Notes under the pieces: model-generated
What the model saw: the letters and a program-made list of their open reading frames with translations, nothing else
Told to the model about the DNA's origin: nothing
Databases searched by the model: none
NCBI GenBank assembly: GCA_024704765.1
Contig: JAKMXF010000311.1
Location: forward strand, 124,001-188,000
DNA length: 64,000 nucleotides
Reading direction: 5' to 3'
From: Oopsacas minuta
Taxonomy: Eukaryota; Animalia; Porifera
Shown: positions 36,228-47,684 of the stretch, in pieces
Layout of the letters: each line of letters begins with the position of its first letter
Numbering within the stretch: the stretch's first letter is position 1
Made by a program: the position numbers and the translations under genes

Positions 36228-37703
36228 TTACTGCTTGCTTGGCGGCAATTCTTCCTTTTTCATCTCTTTAATATGAATGTAATCTTTATACTCAGATTTT
36301 GTGTCAAATTCGAATTCTTGTGCCCAATCAGGTAACTTAGTACGAAACTCCCAATCTGGGCTAGAATAGGACAGCGCGTGTAGAAACATAGACATTTGAG
36401 GTATATTCTTCAGTGCATGACAGTCTACACATAAATCATCAGGATTTGGATTGAGTTTAGCGTAGATAGCTTGTAGCTCTGTTTGAGTAAGGTTTATACC
36501 ACCGTAGTCCAATGGGTATTGCATTATATGGTCATCTGCTATTTTAGATGGCCGTATATCTTTACATACACTGGATTCCTTAATAATAGGCTCATTTTGT
36601 GTATTCTCCTGTTGATCGATTTGTTTGACAAATATCTTAACCATTTCTTCAACCTTTTCAGGAGGCATCGGTTTACTTTTCTCGTATTTTGGTAATTCCC
36701 AGGCTGGGTGATTATATATGGGATCATTTACAATAGGAAATCCTAAATGCTGTAAATGTACGCGTATTTGATGCATACGTCCAGTTCTCGGCTTACATAA
36801 CAATAAACTACGTTCACCGTTAAATGCCAATAGTTGAAAATATGTTTCAGACTGTTTGCCTTCATCTTTGTCACAGGTAATCTGGCAAACTCCAATATTA
36901 TGTGACACACATTTTATCGGCTCATTTACCATAATTGAATCTGGAAATTTCCCATTTACAAGACAAACGTATTCTTTCTCAATTTCCCTCTTTTGCAAAA
37001 AATTACTCAATTGGCGTGATTTTTTCGAATTCCGTGCGAATATCATTATCCCACTCGTCAGCCGATCAAGCCTGTGTACACTGAATATATCCTCAAAACC
37101 ATACTCTAAACGTAGTATATTTAGAAGTGTATTGAAATGGTATCTACCTGATGGATGCACTGGTATAGATGAGGGTTTATTTATGACGAACATATCTTCG
37201 TTTTTGAATAGAATCTCAATGGGAGTGGTTAATACAGGCGGCTCGTGGCGGTGAACTAGATGCGTTAGGATATCACCGTTTTTAACTTTGACTTCTACAT
37301 TCGTGATTTTTGCACCGTTTAACCGCAGTCGTCCGTTGTTTATAACTTTAGCGTAGTACTCATACGAGCGACTTGTAAATTCAGTGCAAGTGACATCAAT
37401 AATTGATCTGTCGAACCAACGTGCTTTTGCGTTCGAATGAAAGTTAAAAAAATACGGTTTTAAGAATTGGAGAGAATGTTCTCTATGAAAATGACATAAA
37501 TCAGAATGATCGTTATCACGTAATTTGAATTTTTTCTTGCCACGGGTATCGTATTCAGGGTGATCTCTATTCTTCCTAAAAGGCTTTGAAATCGTCTCAG
37601 AATAACTATTCGAAGGAGATTGATTAGATGCCATTTTAAATGAAAGTACTTGAATAGATTTGTAGCTGGAAAATATCGATTTTATTTGATAGGTTTTTCT
37701 CAT
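36228..37703 (-). CDS. RPUSD2: RluA-family RNA pseudouridine synthase (RPUSD2/Rib2-like), intronless
   Basis: S4-like region, HRHEPPV, NKPSSIPVHPSG, catalytic VHRLDRLTSG, PRTGRMHQIRVHLQHLGFPIVNDPIY. Alternative start at ATG 37634. Confidence 0.88.
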   Translation of the reverse strand: MRKTYQIKSIFSSYKSIQVLSFKMASNQSPSNSYSETISKPFRKNRDHPEYDTRGKKKFKLRDNDHSDLCHFHREHSLQFLKPYFFNFHSNAKARWFDRSIIDVTCTEFTSRSYEYYAKVINNGRLRLNGAKITNVEVKVKNGDILTHLVHRHEPPVLTTPIEILFKNEDMFVINKPSSIPVHPSGRYHFNTLLNILRLEYGFEDIFSVHRLDRLTSGIMIFARNSKKSRQLSNFLQKREIEKEYVCLVNGKFPDSIMVNEPIKCVSHNIGVCQITCDKDEGKQSETYFQLLAFNGERSLLLCKPRTGRMHQIRVHLQHLGFPIVNDPIYNHPAWELPKYEKSKPMPPEKVEEMVKIFVKQIDQQENTQNEPIIKESSVCKDIRPSKIADDHIMQYPLDYGGINLTQTELQAIYAKLNPNPDDLCVDCHALKNIPQMSMFLHALSYSSPDWEFRTKLPDWAQEFEFDTKSEYKDYIHIKEMKKEELPPSKQ

Positions 37704-38495
37704 AATAAAGTGGCTATGTAAAGTGTCGAATTGTTCGCTAAAATAGATACAAAGTTAATATTTTTATGAGCTGCTCTAGCGGTCACAGACCCGACAAATT
37801 TGAAATGATACATGGCATTTTATATCTGATGGATCGATTCCATATAGTGTGTTGCAAATACTATACTAATGGAATAGTAAGTGACTATTGCCGTGCCTGT
37901 ACATGTTGTATGCATAGGCGCAATTAGGGTCATTTTGGGTTGCCTAGATTGGACTCCACCATAATACAAAAGTCTAGGATGGGTGGACACGACGTCCAGA
38001 GTTAACGTTATCTTTGCCCACCCAGACTCATGACTCTAGTTGTGCATATGGCCGTACCATAGACCCCAACCTATCACTTTCCATATGCTTGTTATCATAC
38101 CGTTTTTACGGTTTATTGCCTAATATAGACAGGTATTTTCTTAACATAACATTGTGTGGGAAATGAAATAATTTTCAGGAATAATTCTAATTTTAAATTT
38201 TCGTAATACATGCTATCGCTACAAATGCTGGTCAAACCAGCATTTGGCTGGTGACTTAAGGTGTATGTCGTACGACTTCAGATTTAGTAACAAAGGGAAC
38301 CTTTATTATACCATTCAAGTTAGTATTGATACCAGATAGTTTGATATCATATATAAATGTTCCTTGGATGATAGATGATACTCGTGGTTATTAATTATCC
38401 TACTAAAATACATTATACAGCCTATCAATATTACAGATTGTACCATTTATCAAACAATAGGCAGTAGAATATAATTATTGATAAACACAAAGAAA

Positions 38496-40442
38496 ATGGC
38501 AATAAACGATATAAACAGGAAACTTTTATCAAACGATTTTTCAAGTATACATGAACATAAGCTTGTCGACAGTGTCTCAATTGATTCTGAGGAAGATGGA
38601 ATAGTACGATTAGCATATCACAAGATAGACTATGCAGTACCAAAGATTGATATATTTGGTCTAATAAAATTTAAAGAAAAACAAATTTTGAAAAATGTAA
38701 GCGGTATAATGTACCCAGGGCTGAATGCAATAATGGGGCCAACTGGTAGTGGGAAAACTACTCTGTTGGACATTCTAGCCGCGAGGAAAGATAAACGTTA
38801 TATCGAAGGTGAAGTATTGATGAATGACAAGCCAAGGTCGAAACAGTTCAAATGTATTACAGGCTATGTTATACAAGACGATTGTCTGATGGGTACACTT
38901 AGCGTTAGAGAAAATATATATTTTTCTGCCAGTCTGAGATTGAGGAATAACATGTCAAGTAAAAAAAAGCGAGCAAAAGTACAGGAAGCAATAGAAAAGC
39001 TTGGTTTGTTAGCTGTTGCGGATACAAAGATTGGGACTGAGTTTGCAAGAGGTGTGTCCGGAGGGGAAAGGAAACGGACTCATATCGCAATGGAACTTGT
39101 GATCGCACCGTCAGTACTTTTCCTAGATGAACCTACGACAGGTTTGGACGCTTTCACCGCAGTAAATTTGATGAAAATCCTGAAAAAGATTGGCGAAGAA
39201 GGGAAGATAATAATAATGGCAATTCACCAACCTCGCTATGCTATTTTCAACTTGTTTGATAGTATAACCTTATTGTCGCATGGTCGTACAGTGTATCAAG
39301 GCACTACGAGAGAAGCTATTGAATATTTCTCAAGTCAAGGCTATGAGTGTCCTGCTAGGGAAAACCCAGCTGATTTCTTTCTAGATTTGATCGCGGATGA
39401 TGAACAAAATTATCTGAAAAATGTGCCGGTGAATTGGCCAGATAGATACGAATTTTCGAACACTTTACAGATGAGAATACAAACTAAGCCAAAACACGCA
39501 ATCATACAGTTAGCCTCAAATGCTATAACTTCTACTAACTATGCTTCAAATATTTTCTGGCAAACTTTCGTTGTTGGGAAAAGAACTATTAGAAATATGA
39601 TACGCTCACCAACAGAATTTCTCCTTCAGGTCCTTATAAGCACATTATTCTCGATAGTAATCGGACTAATATATTTCCAATTAAAACTCACACCGTCAGG
39701 ACTGCAGAATAGAGCTGGAGCGATTTTTCTTATGGTGACAATACAAGTGTTCGCGAATCAGTCAGCTATTATGGCATTCATGAAGGAAAAGGCACTTTTC
39801 ATACATGAAAATGCGAATGGATACTACAGAGTGTCAGCGTACTTTTTCGCGAATCTCATGATTGATCTATTCCCGAAACGAATTGCACCGATTTTAGTTG
39901 GTGGCACTATCATGTATTTCATGACAGGATTCCAAAGGGAGTTCGCGAAATATTCCATCTACATTCTAACAACTTCGGTGACAACAATCGCCGCATCTGG
40001 ATTCCCGCTTTTATACGGATCAATGGTGAATAGTTTCGCGGTTGCTAGCCTATTAACAGCTGTAACTTTCGTGACTATGATGATATTTGGCGGGCTTTTA
40101 GTCAACATAACTACGTTGCCAACTTGGTTACAATGGATACAGTACTTAAGTGTATTTCGCCTGGCAATAATAACCTTGTCCATCAATGAACTGAAAGGTC
40201 TTACATTTTGCTATGACGAATTCCGTGGACTGGGAAACGGAACATGCCATCGTGAGTCTATTTCATTCGGTAATATTAATATTAGTACCGTTGAAACTGG
40301 AGAAATGTATCTGAAAGAACAGGGAATACCTTATGAAAACGAGTTCGATTTATGGGCAGGGGTAGCAGGATTGTTTTGCTACGCTTGTATACTCTTGATA
40401 CTAACTTATGTGTTACTGCGTATTGTAAAGAAAGAGAAGTAA
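38496..40442 (+). CDS. ABCG2-like half ABC transporter, copy 2, intronless
   Basis: GPTGSGKTT, VSGGERKR, LFLDEPTTGLD, AIHQPRY, ENPADFFLD, YYRVSAYF; first ATG 38496. Confidence 0.93.
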   Translation: MAINDINRKLLSNDFSSIHEHKLVDSVSIDSEEDGIVRLAYHKIDYAVPKIDIFGLIKFKEKQILKNVSGIMYPGLNAIMGPTGSGKTTLLDILAARKDKRYIEGEVLMNDKPRSKQFKCITGYVIQDDCLMGTLSVRENIYFSASLRLRNNMSSKKKRAKVQEAIEKLGLLAVADTKIGTEFARGVSGGERKRTHIAMELVIAPSVLFLDEPTTGLDAFTAVNLMKILKKIGEEGKIIIMAIHQPRYAIFNLFDSITLLSHGRTVYQGTTREAIEYFSSQGYECPARENPADFFLDLIADDEQNYLKNVPVNWPDRYEFSNTLQMRIQTKPKHAIIQLASNAITSTNYASNIFWQTFVVGKRTIRNMIRSPTEFLLQVLISTLFSIVIGLIYFQLKLTPSGLQNRAGAIFLMVTIQVFANQSAIMAFMKEKALFIHENANGYYRVSAYFFANLMIDLFPKRIAPILVGGTIMYFMTGFQREFAKYSIYILTTSVTTIAASGFPLLYGSMVNSFAVASLLTAVTFVTMMIFGGLLVNITTLPTWLQWIQYLSVFRLAIITLSINELKGLTFCYDEFRGLGNGTCHRESISFGNINISTVETGEMYLKEQGIPYENEFDLWAGVAGLFCYACILLILTYVLLRIVKKEK

Positions 40443-41127
40443 AGTATATTAGAGTATATTTGTAGAGAAATGTGTACTATACTGTATTTATGTGTGTAAA
40501 AGTTATCGTAAAGAATTATTGAACAGTGTTAAGCAGAGATTGTAACGGGCCGACCTATTCCCTCCGAGTAAACCTGAATTCATTTTCTCAGGCCTGAGCC
40601 CATCCCATCCCGACGCAGGTAATCATCTTTGATTTTCACTCAGTCCAACCCAGATATGAAAAATAAGTAAATATTTTGTGATAAGTTTTGTATAGGAATG
40701 AGATTAAATTATTTCGAAAGTTAATAACTGTTTATTCGGGACACTAAATATTGAAGCACGCCTCGGTAAATACTAAAGTCGATGCCAGTTACAAGTACGA
40801 TCCTCAGGAAAACGGTTCTTATAAAATCCTGTATATTATACAGGTTATACTAATATGAATTGCTACTCCTAATGGGCTAACCCAGTATCTACTTTATCAA
40901 ACTACTGATTACGTAAATCTACAGAATATAATCAAATATATCAATGAGTTAGACTAATAGTCTACAGGAAATTGATGATATACTATGACCTGATTCACAT
41001 ATACCTTCAACATATATCTGGCATCATGCTCGTCATAATAAACCAATTCATTGGTAACTTGATATAGAAAGCATGAGTGAACATATAAATGGAGAAGAGA
41101 AGAAGAAACTAATAATATACTTATCAA

Positions 41128-43071
41128 ATGACGGAGAAGCTAATAAGCCAACAAGACAAACCAAAGTACGGGACGATAGAAGCAGCGAAACGGAAGAACG
41201 ACTGGGGTCTCAGAAATAACAACGAGAATTTCGAGAAATTAACCTATCAACATGTGTACTATGATATACCAACTATCAATTTGTGTGGATTAAAATTCAA
41301 GAAGAAACGAATCCTAACAGATGTAAGCGGGATAATGACACCAGGACTGAATGCTATAATGGGACCTACTGGCAGTGGGAAAACTACACTTATGGATATT
41401 TTAGCTGCGAGAAAGGACAAAAGCTACATTCGTGGACAAGTATTAGTAAATGGTGATCCACAACCTTATTATTTCAAGTGTATAACTGGGTATGTCGTAC
41501 AAGATGATTGCTTAGAAACTACATTGAGTGTCAGAGAAAATATCTTTTTCTCAGCCAATTTGAGGCTACCGTTTTCAATGTCACTTCGAGTGAAACGAGA
41601 AAGAGTGCAAGATTCAATTGATAAGTTAGGCTTAACAAATGTAGCGGATCAACTGGTCGGGAATGAATTTTATCGTAGCATATCAGGTGGAGAACGGAAA
41701 CGAACAAATATAGCAATGGAATTAGTAATCGCACCTTCAATTCTATTCCTTGACGAACCAACAACAGGACTAGATGCCTATACAGCAGTACAATTAATGC
41801 ATCAATTGAAAGATCTTAGTAATGAAGGGAAAATCATAATCACTGCAATCCATCAGCCACGTTACGCTATATACAATCTATTTGATAGCATAACACTGTT
41901 GTCACGAGGACGTACTGTTTACCATGGTACTGCAAAACAAGCTCTGACGTATCTATCATCAAAGGGTTATGATTGTCCAGATAGAGAAAACCCAGCTGAT
42001 TTTTTCCTTGACGTCATCGCACAAGATGAACTGAGAGGACGAAATGAGGAGATAATAGGTGATAGCCTCCCTGATCTATTTGTTGGATCTGACGCTAAAC
42101 TCGAATTAGACGCTCGATTGAATAGAATGGTTGAGCAGCATAAGAGGGATGAAGGTAAAATACACAAGCGAAAGTACAGTGCGTATGCGAGTAATGTCAT
42201 CTGGCAGATAGTTGTTGTTGGACATAGAACACTAAAGAATATGATAAGAACACCATTGGAATTCATTCTACAGATTATTATCAGTGTTGTATTCTCAACA
42301 ATAATTGGTGGTGTATTCTGGCAATTGGACCTAACAAGTAATGGACTACAAAATAGGATTGGAGGGATTTTTCTAGTCACTATGAATCAAGTTTTCGCGA
42401 ATCTTTCCGCGATTGATGCGTTTATGAAAGGAAAGGCACTTTTCATGCATGAAAATGCAAGTGGATATTATCGTGTTTCGGCATATTTTATCTCAAAGTT
42501 GCTACTCGATTTGCTACCGAAAAGAATTATACCAATTGCATGTGGTGGTTCAATCCTATACTTCATGATGGGATTCCAAGTTGTCTGGTATAAATATTGT
42601 ATTTTTCTACTATGCTTATTTACAACAACCATTTCTGCATCAGGATTCCCATTCGTATACGGAGCTTTAGTGAATGATTTCGCAGTTGCGAACCTTTTAA
42701 CTGCGCTTACCTTTGTTATGATGATGATATTCGGAGGCCTGCTTGTCAATATAAGTACACTACCCATCTGGTTACAATGGATACAGTATCTGAGTATTTT
42801 TCGTCTCTCAATCTCAACATTGTCAATAAACGAACTACTGGGTCTGAATTTTTCTCAGGTAACTTTGAATAACTCGTGCGGTTTCAACTCTTCCATCCCT
42901 CCGGGCATTGTATTACCCCCCACACCTGGAAGATGTTACCTGGAGCAACAGGGAATTGCATTTGGCGAACCTTTCGATGTGTGGAGAGGTATAGTGGGGC
43001 TAGCAGGATTTGGAATAATTTTGTTGACTCTAACTTACCTCATTTTACTGTGTAGTAAGAAGGAAAAGTAA
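41128..43071 (+). CDS. ABCG2-like half ABC transporter, copy 3, intronless
   Basis: Canonical motifs as in copy 2 (ISGGERKR). Confidence 0.93.
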   Translation: MTEKLISQQDKPKYGTIEAAKRKNDWGLRNNNENFEKLTYQHVYYDIPTINLCGLKFKKKRILTDVSGIMTPGLNAIMGPTGSGKTTLMDILAARKDKSYIRGQVLVNGDPQPYYFKCITGYVVQDDCLETTLSVRENIFFSANLRLPFSMSLRVKRERVQDSIDKLGLTNVADQLVGNEFYRSISGGERKRTNIAMELVIAPSILFLDEPTTGLDAYTAVQLMHQLKDLSNEGKIIITAIHQPRYAIYNLFDSITLLSRGRTVYHGTAKQALTYLSSKGYDCPDRENPADFFLDVIAQDELRGRNEEIIGDSLPDLFVGSDAKLELDARLNRMVEQHKRDEGKIHKRKYSAYASNVIWQIVVVGHRTLKNMIRTPLEFILQIIISVVFSTIIGGVFWQLDLTSNGLQNRIGGIFLVTMNQVFANLSAIDAFMKGKALFMHENASGYYRVSAYFISKLLLDLLPKRIIPIACGGSILYFMMGFQVVWYKYCIFLLCLFTTTISASGFPFVYGALVNDFAVANLLTALTFVMMMIFGGLLVNISTLPIWLQWIQYLSIFRLSISTLSINELLGLNFSQVTLNNSCGFNSSIPPGIVLPPTPGRCYLEQQGIAFGEPFDVWRGIVGLAGFGIILLTLTYLILLCSKKEK

Positions 43072-43208
43072 ATAGGATATGTTTAAGGCATTAGTTTGGT
43101 GGATTGTTTAAGCTTACAGATATACTGTATAGTGTTTTATGTGAGTTTATTTTATGACTGTAGTTAATCAAACAATTGTAATAAGTATCAGAGTAGGAAA
43201 TATAGAGT

Positions 43209-43279
43209 CAGTGGGTCCTCTCTAATTGTCCGCTTCGGAACCCATTGCCAACGGGTGGACAATTTGAGAGGATGGACAG
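43209..43279. mobile_element. Very short CAGT-type MITE / hairpin
   Basis: cctctctaattgtcc pairs with ggacaatttgagagg (1 mismatch); begins with CAGT and is followed by TA. Confidence 0.5.
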
Positions 43280-43487
43280 TATTTGATTGAAATTGTAATA
43301 CTATTCTGGGAAAATAGTATTCAAATTTGTATAATGACTCAATATATAATATAGATCCAGCTTAAGTACACAGGTTCGTTCCAGGAAGTTCGCACGAATC
43401 AAACACTAATGTGTGTTAAATTTAAGTGGATGATATCTGTAATTAATAATTAATAAGACCAAATATAAATTTAGTTATGGATACTTG

Positions 43488-44192
43488 CTAAAGTGCATGA
43501 GGCATGTCTCTGTCTATATTCTTAGATAGTTTAGGACCTAATCGTTCTTCTAACGTCTCATACCGCGTAATCCCAGGGTAAAGTGATAGGGAAATACGTT
43601 CTGGCGGTTTGTTTAGCCAAAATTGAGCTTTGGTAGGTCTTGGTTTTAAAGTTCGGTCTGGAGGTTTCCCTAACTTAAGTACGAGGAAGTAATGAGTGAA
43701 TTTTCTTCGTTCTATGTCGGCTCGTCCTTTCGCACGATACCTCAAGCTTTTGTGTACTACCCCTCTACCGATGTGACTCTTATGTACCCATACATCCGCT
43801 GGGTCCACCTCACCAAATCTCTTCTTCGCTCGGTTAAATGTTTCAACTACAGTTGTGTATACATCTCGTGACGATCTTATTTCACAGAATTGTAACTGTA
43901 TTAAAGCCATTTTCACGTCTAAGTCTCGGATCAACCGAGCGACTCTGTTCACCGTTTTTGGAGGTTGTTGGACATTCCAACTGACACCGAACACAACATC
44001 AGATTTCTTAATGGGCGGGTAAGGGAAAATTGAGCCAACTTTAGGAGGCTGTGGGTCTGGTAGATCTCGTCCCCGATTTAAAGTCAAGTCAAGGTTTCGA
44101 GTGATAATTTTAAGTGATAGTTTTGGTGGAATTAAGTGTGCATGATGAGATGATAGTTTTGAGAAACTTTGGAATAATGAGCTCAATGCCAT
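43488..44192 (-). CDS. MRPL22: Mitochondrial ribosomal protein uL22m, intronless
   Basis: Basic, Ser/Leu-rich presequence followed by an L22 domain (VARLIRDLDVKMALIQLQF..HIGRG..LRYRAKGRAD..THYFLVL). Confidence 0.85.
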   Translation of the reverse strand: MALSSLFQSFSKLSSHHAHLIPPKLSLKIITRNLDLTLNRGRDLPDPQPPKVGSIFPYPPIKKSDVVFGVSWNVQQPPKTVNRVARLIRDLDVKMALIQLQFCEIRSSRDVYTTVVETFNRAKKRFGEVDPADVWVHKSHIGRGVVHKSLRYRAKGRADIERRKFTHYFLVLKLGKPPDRTLKPRPTKAQFWLNKPPERISLSLYPGITRYETLEERLGPKLSKNIDRDMPHAL

Positions 44193-44777
44193 CTAGATAT
44201 TATTGTTTTAAATATATTAAAGTTCATTAATACGTATGTACGTATAGCTCGCTAATAAAGGAATGACATGGTTATAAATGTAGACATTTGCCCTAGACGA
44301 ACTATGTAATGTTCCCTCCAATATACGGGTAGGAAGACATCTGGTAGGGTATAGGAAAAATATCGGGCATTATATATAGACACACTTTCTCCGAAATTCA
44401 TGAGATTTGACCTCCAAATACCTGGGGTAGCACCCAAAATGTTAACTTTTCCGAGGGGTGGGGCCATTGGATTAGGTCTAAAAAGAGGAATTATTGTAAA
44501 TTGATGGCAGATGCGCGACTTCAAATTGGGCTAACACAGCAAATTTAACTATTCTGCTGAATCCTGTCACAAAACAGAATAGTTTGGGTATATTCTACCC
44601 ATATTATATAAATTCTAAGCACGTATCATAATAGAATATTTATTATTACAGCTTTTGAGAAATTATATATTCCTAATACAGAAATTTATTCAACAACAAA
44701 AAAGGAAATAAATAATAAAAATATAAATTCCAATTTATATTATAACATCAGTAGATATAGCAGGTTACTCGATAATG

Positions 44778-46769
44778 TTAGTGAGGTGGGGCGGTAGGGT
44801 AAGGTGGATTTCCACCAGGGGGACCAGCATAGGGTCCTGGAGACTGGCCATAGTTTTGGAATCCGTAGGGTGAAGCAGGGGGCGGGTAACCAGCTGGGGG
44901 AGCTTGATACCCCCATTGAGGTGGAGCCATACCTTGTGGATGAGCATACTTAGCTTGGTATTGTTTTGGCTGTGGTTGTTGTAATGGATAACCTACTGGA
45001 TTGAATTGTGCACCATGAGCTAATGATGGAACAGATGCGTGCATTGGATTTGACTGTTGCTGCCCGGGGTAGGGAGAAGTATACCCTGTGGAGCTGTTGG
45101 GTGGAGTCTGGGTTGCGGCACGGATATCTTCAAGGGATGATATCGCAGGAGCGTTGAACATGCGCGCAACAGGCGGTTTTGGTTTGATATTATAGTCGCT
45201 CATGTATTTCGTTACTTGCCCTGGGACTTCTTCTAATACTTCTTTTGCCAAGTTGAATTGTGTTGTAGAGCTTTGTTTAACCTCTCGTAAGGGTACAAAT
45301 TGTACTATATCATTTTTCATACGTTTTAAAGTACGTGAGTGTACGAGAGGTATGTCGTCAGCATCTAGAGTATTCATATCAGTGAAATCGGCGCCTCCCA
45401 CACCCACAATCACTATGGAAAGTGGAAGTGTAGACGATTCTACAATGAGATCAGAGCTCTGTCGCATATCATTGATTACACCGTCAGTTATTATGAGTAG
45501 AATTGTGTATGCGTATTCTTCCATTTGACTTTCGGCAACTGCCTTTGAGTAGGCTAATATTTCACTAAATAAAGTAGGTCCAGACAAGCGACAAGAAGAT
45601 AGAGTGTATTTATACGCGTCGATAATGCCCTGTATCCCGTTAACCTCTGGATCAGCCTTGCCGTTCAGCGGGAAACAGTGATGAGCACGGTCATACGCAG
45701 GGGGTAATTTCGCACCAAATCCGAAACATGGAATTTGCTGGTCGCTATCATAAGGCACAAGAATGTTACCTACACTCTTAATTGCTTCTAAATACTCGTT
45801 GTCTCGTACACCGATATGATGTAAGGATCGAGGATCTGCTGGATTACCATTTGAACCTGTAAAATCGATAGCTACGATTAATTGGATTTGTAGACCACCC
45901 TTGAGGTATTCGACAAATGTATGGACTGGGGTTATTATTATCCGCGAGAACGTGAATGTACCTGAATTCTTGTATTTATTTCCCTTCTTGCGTTTTATAT
46001 CAGGGTTTATGAGCGTGAAGGAATTAATGCTACCATGTTCAGGGCTAATTTCCGCGAAAGAAGTGCGGAAAGATCCGATTAGATCAACTTTTCCGCTCAT
46101 ATTCCAGTCAAAAACATCAAATTGTAGTGGTGTATTGTAATCTCCTGAGCATAGCGCGGACATACCGATATCAAATGGATCGAAAACTGGATTCAAATTA
46201 CTCTTTATTACTGCGCTTTTGTACACTAAAACCGGACGATTTCCCTCACGGATTTTTCTGATTTCAAAATATGGATCTGATTTACCAAAAAAATCTTTTT
46301 TATCCAGTTTCGTACATCGTGTGTAGAATGTTACTTTGGCTTTATTTGATATACCCTCTTCGGCGTACAAGGTAATTGTGCCGCGAGATTTCCCATTATC
46401 TTTCAATTCGTATACCATTGGTTCTCCCGAGCTAGCTAATTCTCCCAAACGAACGTGCGTAGCACCGATATAATCGTTCTTACCAATACGGTCATAATCT
46501 TCAACTACGAATTTCATTATTTGTTCTTCCTCAAAATGGTAAGCTAATTCGAATACTTTATCAAATTTCGGTTCATGCGTGTTGTTTTTCACTTCGGTTA
46601 CGCCTATTTTCTTATAAGATTTTCCTTCACGTAAGTAAAGTGTAACAAAAGGATCAGACTTGGAGAAGAGATCCATTTTAGGAAGTCCTGAACACGAGAC
46701 AGAAATCTCAACATTAGAAGTACAATCTTCTTCATATAGAAATGGTTGTGCACCTTGTAATCCTGCCAT
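44778..46769 (-). CDS. Copine (C2A-C2B-vWA) with a long Pro/Gln/Tyr-rich C-tail, intronless
   Basis: FSKSDPF, LDKKDFFGKSDPY, VAIDFTGSNG, LLIITDGVI, LPLSIVIVGVG, DIVQFVP. Confidence 0.93.
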   Translation of the reverse strand: MAGLQGAQPFLYEEDCTSNVEISVSCSGLPKMDLFSKSDPFVTLYLREGKSYKKIGVTEVKNNTHEPKFDKVFELAYHFEEEQIMKFVVEDYDRIGKNDYIGATHVRLGELASSGEPMVYELKDNGKSRGTITLYAEEGISNKAKVTFYTRCTKLDKKDFFGKSDPYFEIRKIREGNRPVLVYKSAVIKSNLNPVFDPFDIGMSALCSGDYNTPLQFDVFDWNMSGKVDLIGSFRTSFAEISPEHGSINSFTLINPDIKRKKGNKYKNSGTFTFSRIIITPVHTFVEYLKGGLQIQLIVAIDFTGSNGNPADPRSLHHIGVRDNEYLEAIKSVGNILVPYDSDQQIPCFGFGAKLPPAYDRAHHCFPLNGKADPEVNGIQGIIDAYKYTLSSCRLSGPTLFSEILAYSKAVAESQMEEYAYTILLIITDGVINDMRQSSDLIVESSTLPLSIVIVGVGGADFTDMNTLDADDIPLVHSRTLKRMKNDIVQFVPLREVKQSSTTQFNLAKEVLEEVPGQVTKYMSDYNIKPKPPVARMFNAPAISSLEDIRAATQTPPNSSTGYTSPYPGQQQSNPMHASVPSLAHGAQFNPVGYPLQQPQPKQYQAKYAHPQGMAPPQWGYQAPPAGYPPPASPYGFQNYGQSPGPYAGPPGGNPPYPTAPPH

Positions 46770-47636
46770 AGGTATCTGTATATATATTATTGTATTGTTA
46801 TCAGTGAGTAGAGTTGGCTATTTATACTTGATGGGGGTTATATTGGAGTCTTTAGTTAGTATAACAGCAAATTTAGAGCAATTCTAACACATGGACACTA
46901 TTAGAATATTAATTGCGAGAATTTAAAGCATAGGATAAGATAGCTATTTGAAGAAAGCCTAAATCTGTTCGTTTTTGGCTTCCTTTATGGCTGCTACAGT
47001 GTAAATGGAAGCATACGTTCATAATCGTTCTATTATTAGATATTGAAAGTATTGTGAACATAAGGAAGTGTGTTATGTAAGATAAACATATTGGAGTTTA
47101 AGTTTATGACCAAATAAACTGATAAGAATTGACGGCAATCGTACTGTGAAAGAGCAGGTAATTAATATAATTTTCGCGAAAAATGACGATCCGTACTCAA
47201 TAGAATTGAATAAATTCTCCTAAATGAGACGAATAGAAGTATATTAGAATTACAATCACTGTCGACACCGTTTTTGGTATTATTCCTTGTACTAATAATA
47301 AAATTATGGCAATAATCAACTTCAAAATTCTGAAAAAATACCAGTGTATACCTATTGATAATTTTCTAACACTTTTATACAAATTCTGTATTGGCATAAG
47401 TACAACCAAGCTATAAGAAGATATCACAAAAGAAATGCAAATTCTAAAAAGCTATTATCTCACATGTAAAATTGCTTGTTATTGTTTTCTCTATTATCAT
47501 AGTGTGACGCGTGATAGTATTATTATAGAAGGTAATTATATCAAAAATAGCATTCAGTTAGGTCAAAATATTATTTCCCAGTAATTTCTATAGATTGTTG
47601 GGTGTTTATTAAATATAATTAACTTCAAATACAATC

Positions 47637-47684
47637 AATATAGCCTGTTTGATTACTATATTCAGTAATCAAACAGGCTATATT
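47637..47684. repeat. Perfect 21-bp inverted repeat with a 6-nt loop
   Basis: aatatagcctgtttgattact-atattc-agtaatcaaacaggctatatt; a partial third arm lies at about 47704-47720. Confidence 0.9.

Noticed and set aside
40425-43071. C-terminal KKEK (KKxx ER-retrieval-like) in ABCG copies 2 and 3
   Set aside because: Human ABCG2 also ends in KKxx and reaches the plasma membrane, so this is not novel.
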